Below are positions 39,360 through 49,925 of a DNA stretch of 64,000 bases, piece by piece. The DNA is from an uncultured Aquiluna sp. GTDB lineage: Bacteria > Actinomycetota > Actinomycetes > Actinomycetales > Microbacteriaceae. A program made the position numbers and the translations under genes. Location: assembly GCA_913775595.1 (NCBI GenBank), contig CAJYLB010000001.1, positions 868,001 through 932,000 on the forward strand, given 5' to 3'. Position 1 is the first letter of the stretch. Each line of letters begins with the position of its first letter. The notes under the pieces are model-generated. The model was not told the origin of the DNA. It made no database searches and worked only from the letters and a program-made list of their open reading frames with translations.

Positions 39360-40258
39360 GGCAGCCTCGCTATTTCTAGGCCGGAACTGGCAAGCCTTGG
39401 AACACCAATTTGAAACTCAATGCTCCCCCTCGAAAGCTGCACGATGTAATCAATTGAATTTGTAACGAGCATGGATGTCAGCTCTGCGCTAAGTCCTGAA
39501 AGCTGTCCAAGAATCAAAAGCCTGTCTGCGACGCGAGACAAAGAGGTGGCATGGAGGGTTGTCATGGAACCCGGGTGGCCATTTGAAATGGCCTGCAGTA
39601 GCGCTCCAAACTCTGTGGATCTGACCTCACCAATTACCAGGCGGTCTGGGCGCATCCGAAGGCTATGAGTTACAAGCTCGCTCAGAGAAACTGAACCAAC
39701 GCCCTCCTGATTTGCCTCTCGAGAAAAAAGCTGAACTGCAGGTGGTGGCAACCTAAGCTCTGCAGTTTGCTCTATTGAGATAATCCGGTCTGTTGATTCC
39801 AAGAGCAGCGCCCGCAGAAGGGTTGTCTTTCCAGATCCGGTAGCACCGGAGAAAACTATGGTTTTCCTCTCCTCGAGCGCGGCACGGAGCCAGTCAACGG
39901 AGCGCTCGCTCAGACCCGACTCTTGAAGGTCACCTAGTCTGAGAGGCTTATCCGGATGCACCCTCAGGCTGAGGTGAGGCGTGGTCGAGATTCCATAGGG
40001 CAGCACAGCATGAATGCGATAGCGACCCAAGGCAATGTCCGCGGCGGGATTAGCAATGTCACACCTAACCCCTGTCTCAAAAGCCAACTGCCTTAGCTCG
40101 CCCTCAAGCTCCTCTGGAGTAAAAGGGTTTTCAATCTCGAAGATGCCAAACCCTCGGTCAACCCCGCAGTGTTCGCCGGAAATAACTACATCGCGAACGC
40201 CCGGTTCCTCAACCAGTTCTTTGAGCTTGCCCGGCAATTTCATGGCCAAATCCTGCAT
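39356..40258 (-). CDS. tadA: TadA/CpaF pilus assembly ATPase
   Basis: GATGSGKTT, IEQTAEL, LRMRPDRLVIGEVR, GH...TLHA. Confidence 0.9.
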   Translation of the reverse strand: MQDLAMKLPGKLKELVEEPGVRDVVISGEHCGVDRGFGIFEIENPFTPEELEGELRQLAFETGVRCDIANPAADIALGRYRIHAVLPYGISTTPHLSLRVHPDKPLRLGDLQESGLSERSVDWLRAALEERKTIVFSGATGSGKTTLLRALLLESTDRIISIEQTAELRLPPPAVQLFSREANQEGVGSVSLSELVTHSLRMRPDRLVIGEVRSTEFGALLQAISNGHPGSMTTLHATSLSRVADRLLILGQLSGLSAELTSMLVTNSIDYIVQLSRGSIEFQIGVPRLASSGLEIARLP

Positions 40259-40298
40259 CCGTCAGGAAGGGGATTGTTGGCCGGAGAAAAAGCTGTGG

Positions 40299-40392
40299 AA
40301 AAGAAAGGGGCGGCAGCTTTGGGGGAAAAGCTGCCGCCAGGTGCCGAGAGCTATGGGGGGATGCCCCCGACACAAACTGACCGAGGTCAGTA
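40299..40392 (-). ncRNA. 6C RNA
   Basis: Two hairpins with C-run loops (GTGTCGGGGGC-ATCCCCCCATA-GCTCTCGGCAC and GGCGGCAGCTTT-TCCCCC-AAAGCTGCCGCC) followed by a U-rich tail; -10 TAGACT at 40404-40399; canonical position upstream of the tad locus. Confidence 0.85.
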
Positions 40393-40521
40393 CACAAGAG
40401 TCTAAGAGGAAGAGAGGGATTTTTGTTCCCCATCTGGGGGACTTTTTGAAAGCTTTCTCACAGCCCGCGACGCCCCCTGAAGTTCTCTGGCATGATGAAA
40501 TAGCAACTCTGGAGGACAAAG

Positions 40522-42492
40522 ATGTCAGTTGAAAACGAAATTGCGAACCTGCTCAGCGAAAGCCGAAGGTTTCCACCAAGCGATGAATTCGCCAGCCAAG
40601 CAATTGCAGGCAAGGAGCTCTACGAAGCAGCTCAAAGCGACCGCCTCGGATTCTGGGCCAAGCAGGCACAGAACCTGCACTGGCACAAGCCTTTTACTAA
40701 GACACTCGACTGGTCTCAGTCGCCCTTTGCCAAGTGGTTTGAGGATGGTGAGCTGAATGTCAGCTACAACTGCCTAGATAGACACGTCCTCGCCGGTAAC
40801 GGAGACCGGGTCGCCATCCACTTCGAAGGCGAGCCTGGAGACACTTCTACTTTCACCTACTCAGAGCTACTCTCCGAAGTGAAGAGAGCAGCAAATGTCC
40901 TAACTGATTTGGGCATCAAGTCAGGCGACAGGGTGGCAATTTACATGCCACTGATTCCTGAAGCTTTAGTTGCGATGCAGGCCGTGGTTCGTATCGGTGC
41001 AGTTCACTCAGTTGTTTTTGGCGGTTTCTCTGCAGACTCCCTGGCAGCAAGAATTCAAGATGCCGGAGCGAAGCTCGTAATCACCGCAGACGGTGGTTAT
41101 CGCAAGGGGAAAGCCAGCGCACTAAAGCCAGCGGTGGACGAGGCGCTGAGTGGGGAGAAGTGCCCAAGCGTCGAAAACGTCTTGGTGGTAAAGCGGTGTG
41201 GCAATGATGTCAGCTGGGATGACAACTGCGATCTCTGGTGGCACGAGCAGCTTGCAGCCGCGGATTCGGAGCATGAGGCTCAAGGGTTCAACGCAGAGCA
41301 CCCACTCTTCATCCTCTACACCTCAGGAACCACGGGGAAACCCAAGGGCATTCTGCACACCACCGGTGGCTACCTGACTCAGGCCTCCTATACGCACAAG
41401 AACGTTTTTGATATTCACGAAGACAAAGACGTCTATTGGTGCACGGCAGACATCGGCTGGATCACTGGCCATTCCTACGTTGCCTACGGACCTATGGCAA
41501 ATGGTTCTACTCAGGTGATTTACGAGGGCACACCTGACACCCCCGACTGGGGAAGATGGTGGCAGATTATTGAGAAGTACAAGGTCAACATCTTCTACAC
41601 CGCTCCCACGGCCATTCGTTCCTTTATGAAGCTCGGCTCGGAGCTGGTCAAGAAGCACGACCTAAGCTCACTGAGATTGCTCGGCAGCGTCGGTGAACCA
41701 ATCAACCCCGAGGCCTGGATGTGGTACCGAGAGGTCGTTGGCTCAGGCAAGACTCCGATTGTGGACACCTGGTGGCAGACAGAAACGGGCGCAATCATGA
41801 TCTCTCCCCTTCCGGGAGTTACCGAAGCCAAGCCGGGAAGTGCGATGTTGCCCCTCCCCGGTATCGCTATGGAGGTAGTCGATGACGAGGGCGTCGCTGT
41901 CGGCAATGGCCACGGCGGCCTACTGACAATTACGGAGCCATGGCCATCCATGCTCCGTGGCATCTGGGGAGATCCAGAGAGATTCAAGGAGACGTACTGG
42001 TCTCGATTTGAAGGCCGCTACTTTGCCGGAGATGGTGCAAAGCTCGACGACGATGGAGACCTCTGGCTACTGGGCCGAGTGGACGATGTCATGAACGTCT
42101 CCGGACACCGACTCTCCACCACTGAGATCGAGTCAGCTCTCGTGTCTCACCCCTATGTTGCCGAAGCAGCAGTGGTTGGAGCTAAGGATGAGACCACCGG
42201 TCAAGCGGTAGTAGCGTTTGTCATCCTCAGAAGCGGAGAAGCGCCTAAGGACGATGAGACAAGCATTTCGAAGACTCTGCGTGATCACGTTGCTAAAGAA
42301 ATTGGGCCGATCGCCAAGCCAAGAACGATCTTTGTCGTGGCGGAGCTCCCCAAGACTCGCTCGGGCAAGATCATGCGGCGGCTCCTCAGGGACGTTGCAG
42401 AGGACAGGCCCGTAGGGGATGTAACGACACTTGCCGACACCACCGTCATGGACACCATTTCCTCGCGAATAAGTTCGGGGGCTAGCGACTAA
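40522..42492 (+). CDS. acs: Acetyl-CoA synthetase
   Basis: YTSGTTGKPKG, DTWWQTETG, PKTRSGKIMRR. Confidence 0.97.
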   Translation: MSVENEIANLLSESRRFPPSDEFASQAIAGKELYEAAQSDRLGFWAKQAQNLHWHKPFTKTLDWSQSPFAKWFEDGELNVSYNCLDRHVLAGNGDRVAIHFEGEPGDTSTFTYSELLSEVKRAANVLTDLGIKSGDRVAIYMPLIPEALVAMQAVVRIGAVHSVVFGGFSADSLAARIQDAGAKLVITADGGYRKGKASALKPAVDEALSGEKCPSVENVLVVKRCGNDVSWDDNCDLWWHEQLAAADSEHEAQGFNAEHPLFILYTSGTTGKPKGILHTTGGYLTQASYTHKNVFDIHEDKDVYWCTADIGWITGHSYVAYGPMANGSTQVIYEGTPDTPDWGRWWQIIEKYKVNIFYTAPTAIRSFMKLGSELVKKHDLSSLRLLGSVGEPINPEAWMWYREVVGSGKTPIVDTWWQTETGAIMISPLPGVTEAKPGSAMLPLPGIAMEVVDDEGVAVGNGHGGLLTITEPWPSMLRGIWGDPERFKETYWSRFEGRYFAGDGAKLDDDGDLWLLGRVDDVMNVSGHRLSTTEIESALVSHPYVAEAAVVGAKDETTGQAVVAFVILRSGEAPKDDETSISKTLRDHVAKEIGPIAKPRTIFVVAELPKTRSGKIMRRLLRDVAEDRPVGDVTTLADTTVMDTISSRISSGASD

Positions 42493-42935
42493 TGGCCTCG
42501 GTGCGCAGAGCAATAGCTACCGACCAGGAAGCGGTGCTTGAGCTCATGCGCGGATACTGCCAAGAGGTTCAAACCCCGCTCAGCGACGAACATCTGCTGG
42601 AGGCCTTGGTGCCACTGATTGACAATGAGCAGCTTGGAGACCTGCTGGTTGCAGAGCAGGGTGAAGAGCTGGCCGGCTACCTCGTGATTACCTGGGGTTG
42701 GGGCATCGAGTCTGGTGGCGCCGAGGCACTGATAGACGAGATGTATGTGTCCCCTGCCTATAGGAACCAGGGTGTTGGGACTCTGCTGATGACGGAGGCT
42801 CAGTCGAGAGCTAGCTCCAAAGATGTAAAGGTAATTTTCCTCGAGACCGAGCAAAATAACCCAGAGTCAAGGGAGCTTTACGACCGCCTAGGTTTTGAGA
42901 TCGAGAGCTCGATCTGGATGTCGAAGCGGATCTAG
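42492..42935 (+). CDS. GNAT acetyltransferase
   Basis: MYVSPAYRNQGVG motif A; LYDRLGF. Confidence 0.88.
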   Translation: MASVRRAIATDQEAVLELMRGYCQEVQTPLSDEHLLEALVPLIDNEQLGDLLVAEQGEELAGYLVITWGWGIESGGAEALIDEMYVSPAYRNQGVGTLLMTEAQSRASSKDVKVIFLETEQNNPESRELYDRLGFEIESSIWMSKRI

Positions 42936-43394
42936 TTACTCGAACTCAACGATTAGCTCTACCTCAACGGGGCTGTTGAGCGGAAGCACTGCAACTCCAA
43001 CGGCACTGCGGGCGTGAATGCCCCTGTCTCCGAAGGCCGCCTGCAAAAGCTCACTAGCGCCATTTACAACACCGGGCTGAGCTGTGAAGTCGGGAGTAGA
43101 GGCAACAAAGCCAACCACCTTGACCACCTTCTTGACTCGCTCCAGATCCCCGAGCACGCTCTTTACGGCAGCGATTGCGTTTAGAGCACAGCGCTGGGCA
43201 ATCTCCTTGCCCGCCTCTGCGCTGATCTCAGCACCAAGTCGACCCTCCGCCATGAGCTTGCCGTCGACCAGTGGGATCTGGCCGGCGGTAAAAACGAGAT
43301 TGCCACTAATGACCGCAGGCACGTATGCACCAGCTGGCGTTGCAACCTCGGGAAGCACTAAACCAAGCTCTGCTAGGCGGTCTTCGACGCTCAC
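42936..43394 (-). CDS. RidA/YjgF-family protein
   Basis: TAGQIP, NGASELL, HARSAVGV, PVEVE. Confidence 0.9.
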   Translation of the reverse strand: MSVEDRLAELGLVLPEVATPAGAYVPAVISGNLVFTAGQIPLVDGKLMAEGRLGAEISAEAGKEIAQRCALNAIAAVKSVLGDLERVKKVVKVVGFVASTPDFTAQPGVVNGASELLQAAFGDRGIHARSAVGVAVLPLNSPVEVELIVEFE

Positions 43395-43543
43395 TCTGCG
43401 GCTCGCTTAAAGAATGCGATTAGGCCTCCCTGAGGCCCGGTGATCACCTGCACAAGCTCCCAGCCCTTGCTGCCCCAGGTGTTGAGAATCTCAGTCTCTT
43501 TGTGCAGCAAAAGAGGGGTTGTTACATACTCCCACTTGGTCAT
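43391..43543 (-). CDS. DUF4177-like small protein (not in ORF track)
   Basis: MTKWEYVTTPLLLH...LNTWGSKGWELV...AFFKR; overlaps the RidA start by 4 nt. Confidence 0.85.
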   Translation of the reverse strand: MTKWEYVTTPLLLHKETEILNTWGSKGWELVQVITGPQGGLIAFFKRAAE

Positions 43544-43585
43544 TTCACAGCTCCGTTTCAGGTATCGAGAGGTAACCTAGAGTCT

Positions 43586-46144
43586 ATGTCGGGTAAGTCA
43601 GTTCTCTCGGCGCTAGGAAACCTATTCAAATTTGGTGTGCTTAGCGCGGTTGCGGGCCTTTTGGCCGTGGCTCTTTTGGCTCCCGCAGTTGCCGTAGCTG
43701 GAGTCGCAGCCTCAACCGGAGTCGCCATGTTCGAGGGGCTACCGGTTTATGTAAGGCCGATTAATGCCTCTCAGGCCTCAAATGTCTATGCACTTCGCGA
43801 TGACAAGCCAGAACTAATTGCCACCTTCTATCACGAGAACCGAGTTGAGGTTCCGTTCGAAGAAATGTCGCCAAATCTCATTCATGCCGTTGTAGCGGTT
43901 GAGGACCCCAGATTCTATGAGCACGGCGGCATGGACATCATCTCGCTTATAAGGGCAACCCTGACAAACCTCGCCACCTTTGGAGAGGGCCCGGGTGCTT
44001 CCACGATCACCATGCAGTATGTGCGCCAGTCTTTGGTGGAGGCGGCAAATCTCTCCGGTGATGAGGATGCGATCCGCGATGCCACTGAGGTGACAGTCGA
44101 TAGAAAGCTCCGAGAGATCAGGCTGGCAATTGCGCTCGAAAAAGAGGTCTCGAAAAAGGACATCCTCGCCGGGTATCTAAACCTCGTGTTCCTAGGCAAC
44201 CAAATCAACGGAGTTGAGACTGCGAGCCAGTACTACTTCGGAATCCCGGCCAGCAGGCTCAACATCCCACAGGCTGCCTACCTTGCCGGCATGCTCAAGA
44301 GCCCCAACGACTACAAGCCAGACGAGGCAGACAACCTAGACCGTGGTCTTGGAAGGCGTAACTACGTGCTGCAGCGGATGGCGGACGAGGGTTACCTGAC
44401 TCAGGAGCAAGCTGACACCTATAAAGCCTCTCCAATCCAGACTCGCATTACCCCTGTGCAGTCCGGCTGTGAGGTAAACCAGACCACCGCGTTCTTCTGC
44501 GACTTCACCGTTTGGACCATCAGAAACTCACCAGAATTTGGTGTCACCTCAGAAGAGCGAGAGATGCTCCTGAGGCGAGGCGGCATGGAGATCTACACCA
44601 CCTTGGACCTCGACATCCAAGAGGTTGCATGGGATGCCGTGATGACCAACCTTCCTCCAGACAACGAGTGGGGCTTTGGAACCGCATCGGTTTCAATTGA
44701 GACGGGCACGGGACGCATTGTCGCAATGGCTCAAAATCGAACTTTTGACCAGAGCGAGAACCCTCCGCCCGGGTCAACCTCTGTGAACTACAACACCGAC
44801 CGCGACTACGGAGGCTCCTCGGGCTTCCAGCCTGGATCTACGTACAAGGTATTCACCCTCGCCGAGTGGTTGGAGAAGGGCTACAGCCTCGGTGACCACG
44901 TTGACGGTCGCGTTTACACGGGCGAGGACATTGACCTAGACGGTGAGCCTGACGAGGTAAAGATTTGGAACGTTGCCGAGGACTTCCAGGCAACCTGCGG
45001 TGGTGTGGTTGGCCTCTGGGAGGTTAAGAACTCTGGTACCGACCAGGAAAACACCATCGACGATATCAGTGTGCAACAGGCGGTAATCACCTCCCAGAAC
45101 ACCGCTTTCGCAGCCATGGCGTCTCAGCTCGACCTGTGCGGCATCAGGGATGTTGCTGAGGACTTCGGTGTCCACCGTGCAGACGGTGAAGAGCTACTGT
45201 TCGTGCCTTCCTCGATTCTTGGAACGAACGAGATTGCTCCGCTCACCATGGCAGCTGCCTATGCGGGTATTGCGAACGGCGGTGTCTACTGCTCGCCGGT
45301 AGCTATCGACAGGGTAGTAATCCGCAAGACTGCCGAGGAGCTGACGGTGCCCGAGAGCCTCTGCTCCCAGGCCGTGGCACCGGAGATTGCCAACGCCATG
45401 GTTCACGCCATGAAGGGCGTGGTCGCCTATGGAACCGGTGCTGCCGCGAATCCAAATGACGGAACTCCGTTGGCTGGCAAGACCGGAACAACTGACCAGC
45501 AGCTCCACACCTGGATGACCGGATTCTCTTCGGAGGTGGCAACCGCAACCTGGGTTGGCAACGTAGTTGGCCTCACACCGCAAAAGGGCAAGAGCGTCAA
45601 TGGTCGCGCAGTTTCAACCATTCGCCACGCCGTCTGGCGTCAGGTCATGACCGAGGTCAACAAGCACTACGAGGGTCAGGACTTTGCCAAGGCAGAGCCT
45701 AGATACGTTGAGCCAAACATGGTCCTGGTTCCCAACGTCCAAGGCTTCGACCCAGAGACGGCCAAGGTCCAAATGATCTCCTCTGATTTGAACATTCAAA
45801 TAGTTGAGGAAGAGGTAGCTTCGCCGCTGCCGGTTGGCATGATTGCCTACTCTGAACCCGAATTTGGTAACTCGGTCCCGCGAGGGTCTCTAATCAAGGT
45901 CTACATCTCAGGCGGTGGTCAGCTGGTGGTCCCAGATGTAACCGGATTCACCTTGGCCGAGGCCTTTGCCGCTTTGGAGGGCGCGGGCTTGTTCCCAAGC
46001 TTCCCCCAGCCCTCACAGGGCTTCTTGCTTGACGAGTGTGAACCCACCTTGGAAAACGAGCTCGTCCACTCAACCATCCCGGCAGCGGGAGAGGCAGTAA
46101 TTGAAGCCTCCGCCGTGATTGTGCTGCCCAACAGATGTCGCTAG
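43586..46144 (+). CDS. ponA: Class A penicillin-binding protein with PASTA domains
   Basis: EDPRF and GASTITMQ (transglycosylase); STYK, SQN and KTG (transpeptidase); C-terminal VPNV/VPDV PASTA repeats; ATG 43586. Confidence 0.93.
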   Translation: MSGKSVLSALGNLFKFGVLSAVAGLLAVALLAPAVAVAGVAASTGVAMFEGLPVYVRPINASQASNVYALRDDKPELIATFYHENRVEVPFEEMSPNLIHAVVAVEDPRFYEHGGMDIISLIRATLTNLATFGEGPGASTITMQYVRQSLVEAANLSGDEDAIRDATEVTVDRKLREIRLAIALEKEVSKKDILAGYLNLVFLGNQINGVETASQYYFGIPASRLNIPQAAYLAGMLKSPNDYKPDEADNLDRGLGRRNYVLQRMADEGYLTQEQADTYKASPIQTRITPVQSGCEVNQTTAFFCDFTVWTIRNSPEFGVTSEEREMLLRRGGMEIYTTLDLDIQEVAWDAVMTNLPPDNEWGFGTASVSIETGTGRIVAMAQNRTFDQSENPPPGSTSVNYNTDRDYGGSSGFQPGSTYKVFTLAEWLEKGYSLGDHVDGRVYTGEDIDLDGEPDEVKIWNVAEDFQATCGGVVGLWEVKNSGTDQENTIDDISVQQAVITSQNTAFAAMASQLDLCGIRDVAEDFGVHRADGEELLFVPSSILGTNEIAPLTMAAAYAGIANGGVYCSPVAIDRVVIRKTAEELTVPESLCSQAVAPEIANAMVHAMKGVVAYGTGAAANPNDGTPLAGKTGTTDQQLHTWMTGFSSEVATATWVGNVVGLTPQKGKSVNGRAVSTIRHAVWRQVMTEVNKHYEGQDFAKAEPRYVEPNMVLVPNVQGFDPETAKVQMISSDLNIQIVEEEVASPLPVGMIAYSEPEFGNSVPRGSLIKVYISGGGQLVVPDVTGFTLAEAFAALEGAGLFPSFPQPSQGFLLDECEPTLENELVHSTIPAAGEAVIEASAVIVLPNRCR

Positions 46145-46947
46145 CGACAAACGCGGGACCCTTCAAGCTATTTGAGCTTGAGATCACGGGGCTTGGGGTG
46201 AAGCCAACACGGTTTCTGCACATCTCCGACATCCACTTTGCTCCCGGGCAGAACAAGAAAGCCGGCTTCCTCAAGGAGCTTGCAGAGCTGAAACCAGATG
46301 TTGTTGTGAATACCGGTGACAACCTTGGTCACAAGGACTCTGTAAGCCCGCTGCTGATTGCAATTGAGCCCCTTCTTGAGTTTCCCGGCGTATTCGTAAA
46401 TGGCAGCAACGACTACCGATCACCAAGACCAAAGAATCCCCTTAGCTACCTAACAGGTCCCTCAAAGGTCACTACCGACCGCAATGATCTTGACACGTCA
46501 AGGATGGTGAGCGAATTCGAGGGTGCTGGTTGGCTAAACCTCAACAATGCATCAGGCTCACTAAATGTCGCAGGTAACAAGTTCGATTTTGTAGGAGTGG
46601 ATGACCCTCACGAAAACCTTGACGACTTATCAGCACTGGAAAAGGCCGCTGGCTTTGCAATTGGAGTTGCTCACGCTCCATACCGCAGGGTGATCGACGG
46701 TTTCCTTGGGATAGGGACTGGGCTTATGTTTGCGGGCCACACCCATGGCGGGCAGGTCTGCCTTCCGGGATCTCAGGCGATCATCACCAACTGTGATCTA
46801 CCAAGAGCGTTTGCCCAGGGAATCTCAGCTTGGTCGCTGGGTTCCCAAAACGCCTACCTCCACGTCTCAGGTGGGATTGGGGCAAGCATCTACTCGCCGA
46901 TTAGGGTCTTCTGCCCCCCGAGTGCAACGCTTTTGACTGTTAGCTAG
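46135..46947 (+). CDS. Metallophosphoesterase
   Basis: SDIH, TGDN, GSND and GHTHGGQ motifs. Confidence 0.9.
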   Translation: MSLATNAGPFKLFELEITGLGVKPTRFLHISDIHFAPGQNKKAGFLKELAELKPDVVVNTGDNLGHKDSVSPLLIAIEPLLEFPGVFVNGSNDYRSPRPKNPLSYLTGPSKVTTDRNDLDTSRMVSEFEGAGWLNLNNASGSLNVAGNKFDFVGVDDPHENLDDLSALEKAAGFAIGVAHAPYRRVIDGFLGIGTGLMFAGHTHGGQVCLPGSQAIITNCDLPRAFAQGISAWSLGSQNAYLHVSGGIGASIYSPIRVFCPPSATLLTVS

Positions 46948-48011
46948 GCAAGCTCCTGAGCAACCAGCTCAGCGATCTCATAGGTATTGAGGGCAGCACC
47001 CTTGCGCAGGTTGTCCCCCACCACAAATAGCTCGAGAGTATTTGGGAAGTCCATTGACTGACGCAGACGGCCAACAAAGGTTGGGTCCTGACCTGCAACA
47101 AACGAAGGAGTGGGGAAAACATTGTTTTCAGGGTCATCCATGACTACCACTGTCGGCTGCTGCTCGAGCTCTGCTCTCGCATCTGCGACACTAATGTCGC
47201 TGGCGAACTTGGCGTGAACGGCAAGTGAGTGACTCACCTGAACCGGCACCCTCACACAGGTTGCGGAAACCTTGAGGTCCTTGATACCAAGAATCTTTCT
47301 GGACTCATTGCGGACCTTCAGCTCCTCCGAGGAGTGGCCGCCGTCCTTCACCGAACCAGCAAGCGGAATCACGTTCAGCGCGATTGGGACTGGCCAGATC
47401 GATGACGACTGAGCGAGCCCCTCGCCCTCAAGGGTCTTTGAGACACTGTCGGAACTCAAGCCCGCCTCGGGATTCTTCGCCACGGCTGCGGTCTCGGCTG
47501 TCAGCTGGTCGATTCCAGCTGCGCCAGCTCCAGATACTGCCTGATAGCTAGCCAAAACTAGCTCGGTTAGCTGCCACTTGCGATGGAGGGCGCCAAGAGC
47601 GGCCATCATGGTCAGCGTCGTGCAGTTGGGGTTCGCAATAATGCCCAGGGGCCGGCTCTTTGCCATCTCTGGGTTCACCTCAGGCACCACAAGTGGCACC
47701 TCAGGGTTCATGCGAAATGCAGCCGAGTTATCAACGACAACAACACCCTGAGCGGCCGCGATTGGGCCCCACTCAGCGGAGACCTCGTCCGGAACGTCAA
47801 AAAGCGCGATGTCGATGCCCTTGAATGCCTCTTCTGAGAGCTCGACAACGGTGACCATCTCACCGTGAATCTCAATCTGCTTCCCAGCAGAGCGGGCAGA
47901 GGCAATAAGTCTTATTTCGCCCCAAATGTTTTCGCGGCTGTTGATGATGTCCACCATGACTGTGCCGACGGCACCGGTTGCGCCAACAAGAGCAAGATTC
48001 GGTCCAGCCAT
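46944..48011 (-). CDS. asd: Aspartate-semialdehyde dehydrogenase
   Basis: [29 protein letters not shown]. Confidence 0.97.
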   Translation of the reverse strand: MAGPNLALVGATGAVGTVMVDIINSRENIWGEIRLIASARSAGKQIEIHGEMVTVVELSEEAFKGIDIALFDVPDEVSAEWGPIAAAQGVVVVDNSAAFRMNPEVPLVVPEVNPEMAKSRPLGIIANPNCTTLTMMAALGALHRKWQLTELVLASYQAVSGAGAAGIDQLTAETAAVAKNPEAGLSSDSVSKTLEGEGLAQSSSIWPVPIALNVIPLAGSVKDGGHSSEELKVRNESRKILGIKDLKVSATCVRVPVQVSHSLAVHAKFASDISVADARAELEQQPTVVVMDDPENNVFPTPSFVAGQDPTFVGRLRQSMDFPNTLELFVVGDNLRKGAALNTYEIAELVAQELA

Positions 48012-48016
48012 TTTCC

Positions 48017-49285
48017 CTACCTACCCGAACCTGCATAGATGACTGCAGTCTCTGCAGCATCTAGCTCAAAGGCGGTGTGGACAATGCGAGTTGCCTCCTT
48101 GAGCTGATCCGCTCTGGTTACAACCGAAATCCTGATCTCGGAGGTCGAGATCATCTCAATGTTGATGCCAGCCTTGGCCAAGGATCCGAAGAGCTTCGCC
48201 GAAACACCAGAGGAGGTCTTCATACCCGCACCGACAATTGACAGCTTTCCAATCTCATCGTCGTAGCTGATTGACTCAAAACCAACCTCGGCCTGCTTGG
48301 CCTTCAAGGCCTCGACAACCTTGTGACGATCGCTGTGGGGAAGGGTGAAGGAGATGTCGCTCAGGTGATTCTCGGTGGTGGACACGTTCTGAACGATCAT
48401 GTCGATGTTGGCGCCTGCCTCGGCAACTACCTGGAAGACCTCAGCCGCCTTACCTGGCCTGTCAGGCAGACCGATGACGGTGATCTTTGACTGGGTGTTG
48501 TCGGTTGCAACGCCGGAGACTACTGGCTCTTCCATTTCTTCTCCATCCTTACTGCTGTATACGAGGGTGCCGGGGTCGGCACTAAAAGTTGATCTGACCC
48601 GCAGCGGAACTCGGTGCCTACGAGCAAACTCCACGGCTCTGATGTACAAAATCTTTGCCCCAGAGGAGGACAGCTCGAGCATTGAGTCGAGGTCGATCTG
48701 GGCTAGCTTGTGGGCCCTAGGAACGATTCTCGGATCTGCGGTGTAGACCCCGTCGACGTCGGAGTAGATTTCGCAGACATCCGCCTTTAGGGCGGCAGCG
48801 AGCGCGACAGCTGTGGTGTCGCTTCCTCCCCTACCTAGGGTGGTGGTGTCACCATTTTCAAAGCTAAAGCCCTGAAATCCGGCCACCACGACAATGTGGC
48901 CCTCATCAAGTGCCTCACGGATTCTGGTTGGGTCAATCTTCCAAATTCTTGCGCTGCCATGCTCGGAGTCGGTTGAAATCCCGGCCTGGTAGCCGGTAAA
49001 GCTCATGGCCTTGCCGCCCTGCTCCTTGATTGCCATGGCGAGAAGAGACATTGAAATGCGCTCTCCTGCGGTGAGCAGGATGTCGAGCTCCCTGTTGCCA
49101 GCAGTCTCCGTCGTCACGCTGCTGGCAAGGTCTAGCAGCTCATCGGTTGTGTCGCCCATGGCCGAAACCACGACCAAGACCTCGTTACCAGCGGCTTGAG
49201 ACTCAAGGGCGCGCGCAGCCACATGCTTGATCTTGTCGGCATCTGAAACCGAAGATCCGCCATACTTCTGGACGATAAGCGGCAA
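48017..49285 (-). CDS. lysC: Aspartate kinase
   Basis: [17 protein letters not shown], two ACT domains. Confidence 0.97.
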   Translation of the reverse strand: MPLIVQKYGGSSVSDADKIKHVAARALESQAAGNEVLVVVSAMGDTTDELLDLASSVTTETAGNRELDILLTAGERISMSLLAMAIKEQGGKAMSFTGYQAGISTDSEHGSARIWKIDPTRIREALDEGHIVVVAGFQGFSFENGDTTTLGRGGSDTTAVALAAALKADVCEIYSDVDGVYTADPRIVPRAHKLAQIDLDSMLELSSSGAKILYIRAVEFARRHRVPLRVRSTFSADPGTLVYSSKDGEEMEEPVVSGVATDNTQSKITVIGLPDRPGKAAEVFQVVAEAGANIDMIVQNVSTTENHLSDISFTLPHSDRHKVVEALKAKQAEVGFESISYDDEIGKLSIVGAGMKTSSGVSAKLFGSLAKAGINIEMISTSEIRISVVTRADQLKEATRIVHTAFELDAAETAVIYAGSGR

Positions 49286-49328
49286 CTAGCTCTCCTTGTT
49301 GGGGAATGGGCGACAGCGCTAGAGCAGT

Positions 49329-49925
49329 CTAGTTCACTCGCCTACGGCCCTCAAAGGCCCTGCCCAGCGTCATATCGTCGGCATATTCAAGATCCCCGCC
49401 AACCGGAAGGCCACTTGCAAGCTTGCTCACCGTTATCTCTAGCGAACTCAGTAGGCGGATTAGGTAGGTGGCGGTGGCCTCCCCCTCGAGGTTTGGATTG
49501 GTTGCGATGATTACCTCCTTAACCTCAGGGTTAGCAAGTCGCTTCATCAAATCTTGGATTCTGAGCTGATCTGGACCAATGCCTGCAATTGGAGAAATGG
49601 CCCCGCCAAGCACGTGGTAGAGACCGCGGAATTCTCTCGTACGCTCAATAGCCCCAATGTCCTTTGAGTCTTCAACCACGCAGATAAGACCCTGGTCCCG
49701 CTTAGCATCTGCACAGATCGCACACTGCTCGCTTTCACAAACATTGCCGCAGGTTATGCAGAACCGCACCTTCTCCTTTACCTCTTTCAGGACATCTGCA
49801 AGCTTGTGAGCCACCTCAGGATCAGCATCGATGAGGTGAAAGGCGATTCGCTGGGCACTTTTGGGGCCTACCCCTGGAAGCCTGCCAAGCTCGTCAATTA
49901 GCTCCTGAACGACTCCGTCGTACAT
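49329..49925 (-). CDS. recR: Recombination protein RecR
   Basis: [12 protein letters not shown]4 zinc finger, Toprim domain. Confidence 0.97.
   Translation of the reverse strand: MYDGVVQELIDELGRLPGVGPKSAQRIAFHLIDADPEVAHKLADVLKEVKEKVRFCITCGNVCESEQCAICADAKRDQGLICVVEDSKDIGAIERTREFRGLYHVLGGAISPIAGIGPDQLRIQDLMKRLANPEVKEVIIATNPNLEGEATATYLIRLLSSLEITVSKLASGLPVGGDLEYADDMTLGRAFEGRRRVN

Noticed and set aside
40035..40532. Several ORFs across the tadA-acs intergenic region
   Set aside because: No recognisable protein features; the region is better explained by the 6C RNA and promoters.
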